Shown: piece after piece, positions 58,917 to 64,000 of the stretch
Layout: each line of letters opens with the position of its first letter
Position numbering within the stretch: position 1 is the first letter of the stretch
Assembly: GCF_009914755.1 (NCBI RefSeq)
Contig: NC_060930.1
Source: the human T2T-CHM13v2.0 reference genome, Homo sapiens
Length of the DNA: 64,000 nucleotides
Direction: 5' to 3' (one strand)
Made by a program: the position numbers and the translations under genes
Notes under the pieces: generated by a model
Told to the model about the DNA's origin: nothing
Databases searched by the model: none
The model's input: the letters and a program-made list of their open reading frames with translations, nothing else

Positions 58917-59045
58917 TAGGTTGCCATATGTCCTAGCATTCCCAGTAAAGTCCTATTTTTATACCCCATGTTCAGGCTAATTATGTAAAGTACCTCTTTT
59001 TACTCTCAAAGCATCCTGGTTGGAGAAAATTAGGTGGCTACCCTA
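58917..59045. mobile_element. hAT-Blackjack MITE, MER94-like
   Basis: Terminal inverted repeats taggttgcca / tggctacccta; ~130 bp; internal actctcaaa. Confidence 0.6.
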
Positions 59046-59086
59046 ATATTGCTCTCTCACACCTCTCTATATGTACACTTGCTATT

Positions 59087-59454
59087 TGCATTAGTCCGTT
59101 TTCACTCTGCTAATAAAGACATACCCAAGACTGGGTAACGTTTACAGGAAGGAGGTTTAATGGACTCACAGTTCCACGTGGCTCGGGAGGCCTCACAATC
59201 ACGGTTGAAGGCAAGGAAGAGCAAGTCACGTCTTACATGGATGGCAGCAGACAAAGAGAGAGCATGTGCAGGGAAACTCCTCCTTATAAAACCATCAGAT
59301 CTCATGAGACTTATTCACTATCACGAGAACAGTATGGGAAAGACTCGCCCCCATGATTCAATTACCTCCCACTAGTCTCTCCTACAACACATGAGAATTG
59401 TGGAAGCTACAATGCAAGACGAGATTTGGGTCGGGACACAGCCAAACCATATCG
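59087..59454 (-). mobile_element. MaLR solo LTR, THE1-type
   Basis: tgcattagtccgttttcac...gggacacagccaaaccatatc; perfect 5-bp TSD ctatt (59082-59086 / 59455-59459). Confidence 0.9.
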
Positions 59455-60326
59455 CTATTCTTCTTACCTTGAATTCCCTTTCCCAAATGTCCTGAGAAAA
59501 AGATGGCTTCACATTTCTGTTCAAGTTCTACGTCCTCATAAAGATTTCCTTGAATTAAAGATTTTTCCTGTCCCTTTTTACACTACATATATAACTTCAT
59601 TACAGCAAATATTTAACTGTATTGCAGCTGTTTACATGTTGTCTTCCACTACAGCATAAGTTCCATGAGAGCAAGGATCATGTCTCTCCATTATTGATGG
59701 TCCAGCACTCAAGATGGGCTGCACAGAGTAATCCACACAATTCTTACTGAATAAATGAAGTTACCATTTATCTTATTATATAACATTTAATTTTTAGATA
59801 TATATGTTCTAAAAAGCCTCATCCTTATAAAGGATATTGGCAATTCCATTCTGATATGATTTATCCCAACCATAAAAAAATTCTAGGCATAATTCCATTC
59901 CTATATTCAAACTAAAGAGTGAGAGTCTGTAATTACAAATTCTTAGTTGAGTTTGAATACCTCCATTGTATAAATGCTCAAACATATAATCTACCTGTCT
60001 GTATCTATTTCAGCAGCTAAGATAAATTCACAAATAATCTTAGCATTATACATTGTCAGATGAACATAGCAAACAGATAGAATTCGATGTTTTCAATTTA
60101 ATAATGAAATATAAAATGCCTTTCTGACTCTTTTCTTTTAAACTGAATTCAGATTTTCATCTTACCCAGTTTCATGTGAAGGTGAATTATGCTGGAATTT
60201 TTAAGGGGAGTTGGACTGAAACAACTGAAGGTGCATTAAAATATTCCTTTTCTATTCTAAACTACTGTCCTTTCACACATGTAAAAATCACATGGAGATG
60301 TTGAAAAATAAAGATTCCCAGGATTT

Positions 60327-60327
<1 letters not shown>

Positions 60328-60366
<39 letters not shown>

Positions 60367-60370
60367 TGTG
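60328..60370 (+). repeat. (GT)n microsatellite followed by AT-rich low-complexity sequence
   Basis: Seen directly. Confidence 0.97.
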
Positions 60371-60899
60371 TATATATTAGATTATATATTATACTCCAGG
60401 TATACATACACATATATTATTTATTATTTTAATATATAAAGTATTATATAGTATACATACATTTTAATATATTACTATTTATAAGCATAGATATATTTAC
60501 ACCTTGCAGTGGATAACAGGTTGAATTACCTGAGAATTCAGTAGGATAGAGACTTGGATGTAAAACTATGTTGCTTTAAAGAAAATAAAGAAACGTACGC
60601 TTTCTTGCACAGTTGAGTATATGAACTAAGGTTCACTCTCACCTGCACATACAGCTTTGATACTGTAAGTGAAGCTGAAGAAATACTCTATTTAAAAATT
60701 AAAACATCAACTCAGAGAGCAAATTTTCTCAGAGTGAGAGGTGTACCCCACAACAGACCCTGCCTGTCTTTTCATTCAGGGTGGGGCGGAGGAAGTATGC
60801 AGGTGGGTTGTCTGATCAGAGTCTGCTGAGAAAGATAGGATCTGCCCACCTGAGCACAGCTTGCCCCCAACACCTCTCACAGGTACAGAGGCCAGTAAT

Positions 60900-61510
60900 A
60901 GCAGAGGAAAATTATGACAGCCATATACAACAATCAACCTAATCTTTCACATAGTAAATATGAACAACTAATAATCATGTTACCTAAAACAATAATAACA
61001 CAAAAAAGAAAGATCAAAATGAATGAAAAACAATTGATTCAGGAGGAAAAAGTATAGTTCCAGTAAGAGAAGAGAACTTAAAAATAACTCTCATTAGTAT
61101 TCTAAGAAAGATTCATGAATATACTCATTCATAAACAAGAACAAACTAATATGCAAAAAGTGAATAACAGAATAAGTAAAAGTCCATGAAAATTAAGAAT
61201 ACAATTACCAAAATTAAGAAAAAAATAATCGATAGTTGAATTGGAAAAAAAGAAGCCTCTCAAAATGTAAAGCAATAAAAAAGATGACAAATATAAAATG
61301 TAAATCCAAGAGGTCCAACATCCATCTAAGGAGTGTCTCTAATGACAAAGAGCAAAGGCAATCAAGGAGAAGAAATAATCATTCAGTGGAAAAAAATCTC
61401 CAGAGCCCAAGATATGACTCTTCAGAAAAAAGGGTTCATTCAGGAAATGTGGTTCAGGATCATTTAAAAGAACCCATAAACATATCCTCATTAAATGTCA
61501 GACCATCTCA
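60900..61510 (+). mobile_element. Ancient L1M/HAL1-like ORF1 remnant
   Basis: A-rich, with aaatccaagaggtccaacatccatctaa resembling the L1 ORF1 'RSNI' motif. Confidence 0.4.
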
Positions 61511-63177
61511 AGAAGTGTTGCTTCTCATTCCTTTCTCTGGATCTTCTGCTTCTCCTTGACTTCTAAATTGTGTGAACCAGGGCTCAATATTTTTGCTTCT
61601 TCTCTTTGTCTCTTCTATACTTCACTCATTTACTATTGTCTCATCTAGACTCAACATTTTGAATGCTATCTATGTCTTGATAACTGCCAATTTTATATCT
61701 TTATTTCCAAGCTCTCCATAAAATTTCTGACATCAAATCAATTTCCTTCCTGTAATCTAACAGACATTTCAAAAAATGACTAAAGTAGAACTTGTACCTC
61801 AATCCCTACTTCAAATTGCTCATCTCCTAGTCTTCCCCATCTCAGTAAGTGGCAACACCATTACAGTAGCTCAGGCCATAAAACCACGAGACATGCTTAA
61901 CTCTTGTCTTCCTCATTCTGTGCATACAACCCATCAGCAAAGCCAACATCTACCAGAAGTTTGAAAGAAAAATGTGTTCAAGAGGACTATTAATTCCCTA
62001 AAACTATTGTGAAATTGCATTTTCTCTCTCTTTTACCTCTCACAACTTGGTTTATATTAATTGTATCTCTCATTCAAAATAACACATTCTTTAAGAATAT
62101 GAGAATGCATCTCCTTGTGTATGGTACAAACACTGTAAGTTCTACAATAAATAACACTTACATAATATTTTAAATGTTGGCAATTGCTTTCAAATTTTAA
62201 ATAATCGAAGTGTGAAAGACATTTATATTTACTAAGTTTAATGTAAATTCTATAAGCCTTGAAATTATAAAAGTAATTTAAAAGCAGGAGTTAGTAGGTG
62301 GAAATAGATGTGGAAAAAAATACAGGAACAAAAAAAATCTCTACTCTTACAATGTAGGAAACTAGGAGACACTGTGAAAAATTGATGGGTCAAGACATAG
62401 AATTTGTATGATGGTAAGTAACAATGGAACTTCTCAAAAAATGCCTGGTAGGGACTGGAGTGGGGAGAGAGGACAAGTATGAGAGATGTCAATTTCTTAT
62501 GTGTAATAGAGGGGAATCAATAGCTATTTTTAAACTGGTACATTAACAAGCAACACATATGCATATTGTTTAAGGTTTAGATTTAATCTCAAGAAAAACT
62601 AACCATAAAGTGATTAAAAATAATCACTTCTGATGAGTGGGAAAGGAGAAAAGGATAATAAGCCTTATGTTTTATTTAGCAACCTCCTGGTTTAGGAATT
62701 AAATGAACAAATAAATCAAAATATTAACAAATAATAAAGCAGATAATCACATTCAATCTAGTTCTGTGCCTGTATTTTCACACATATTTATTTGGATAAG
62801 ATTGTATAAGGAAATACCAATTTTTGTTTCACTGGTAGTCAGTAGCATAAAGGACACAAATATTAATTTAGTCTATTTTAGTGTAGTTCTTATTTTTAAT
62901 CCACTACATAAGTACACAGATTGGTTAGCTACTATCTGGTCAAAACATATTGATGCTAGGGTATGCATTTATTAAAGAATTCTATTTTTAAAATCCTCCA
63001 CATCTAGACCCAGAAAATCTCACACACTGATTCACTGTAATTTTCTCCTCAAAGTACTACAGGCCTATAGACCCCTCCCAAGTGAGGCACTGCAGTTTCG
63101 AACACAGTAAATATTTCCATTGTGCTAATGCTATCTCTTGTCCTACTTCTATGCCTATAAATATAGCACTATTTTTA

Positions 63178-63384
<207 letters not shown>

Positions 63385-64000
63385 TTAAATCAGTGTTTTG
63401 TTTAAATATCCTCAAAGCAGCTGATACAAAATTAATAGCAAGAAAAAAATAAACATAAAGCTACTTAATCTACACATTTCAGTATAAACAAAAAAGACTA
63501 GAGTGAAAAACAGAACGGTAGGAATTTGTAAAGAGCTACTTAGGAAAATCAGAGTTTTTTACTCCCTTTGAGTACATGGGTTATAAAAAGCATGTTAACT
63601 CTTTCAGAGCTTCATGGTACCTCTCAGTGCTCTAAGAGGCCATTATGAATCACTTTGCAGCCTGAGAAGCTCCTAAAAAAAGTTTTTAAAGCTATTAATG
63701 CCCCTGTATTATACACTTCTATCTTTCTGGTATGCAAATTTACGAATAAAATCAGGAATAAAGTGTTGTAGTATCAGCTCAACAAAAAAATGCATAATTA
63801 TAAATAAATGCATTAATAAGTAATAAATGACCACATCAAATCTACTTTACAGGTAAAACAGTTATTATTATTGTTTTCAAATGAGGAAAACAAGTCTCAC
63901 AGAGATTAACTAGCTTGCCCAAGGTCACAAAACTAGTAGTGCGGAGCTAGTAGCACCTGCCTCTCCTAGTCCCCCACCTTTCTGGCGTCTGATGCCTTTG

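Overview
Human (primate) genomic DNA: the 3' three-quarters of EPM2A (laforin, the glucan phosphatase of Lafora disease) on the minus strand. It contains exon 2 (63179-63353), a 50,632-nt intron 2, exon 3 (12305-12546), a 7,543-nt intron 3, and exon 4 with the HCNAGVGRS active site, the stop codon (4484-4486) and a ~2.1-kb 3' UTR ending near an AATAAA at 2387-2392. Exon 1 lies beyond the right edge. Intron 2 is repeat-rich: three primate L1s (an internally deleted L1PA2-like copy, a full-length degenerate L1PA6-like copy nested in an ancient L1M, and a 5'-truncated L1PA3-like copy), plus Alus, solo LTRs, hAT MITEs and L2/MIR remnants. Almost all other ORFs in the track are repeat-derived or spurious. 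I see no wholly new biological system. The most interesting signals are: the 317-aa laforin isoform junction sits in a 6-nt direct repeat with a very poor GC donor; three other sequence-encoded routes to phosphatase-dead laforin; a 1.1-kb deletion removing the L1 antisense promoter/ORF0; a probable micro 3' transduction; an inverted L1 pair; an A-B-A'...B' local duplication; and a tandem array of palindromes. Repeat subfamily names come from recalled consensus sequences, not a database search.
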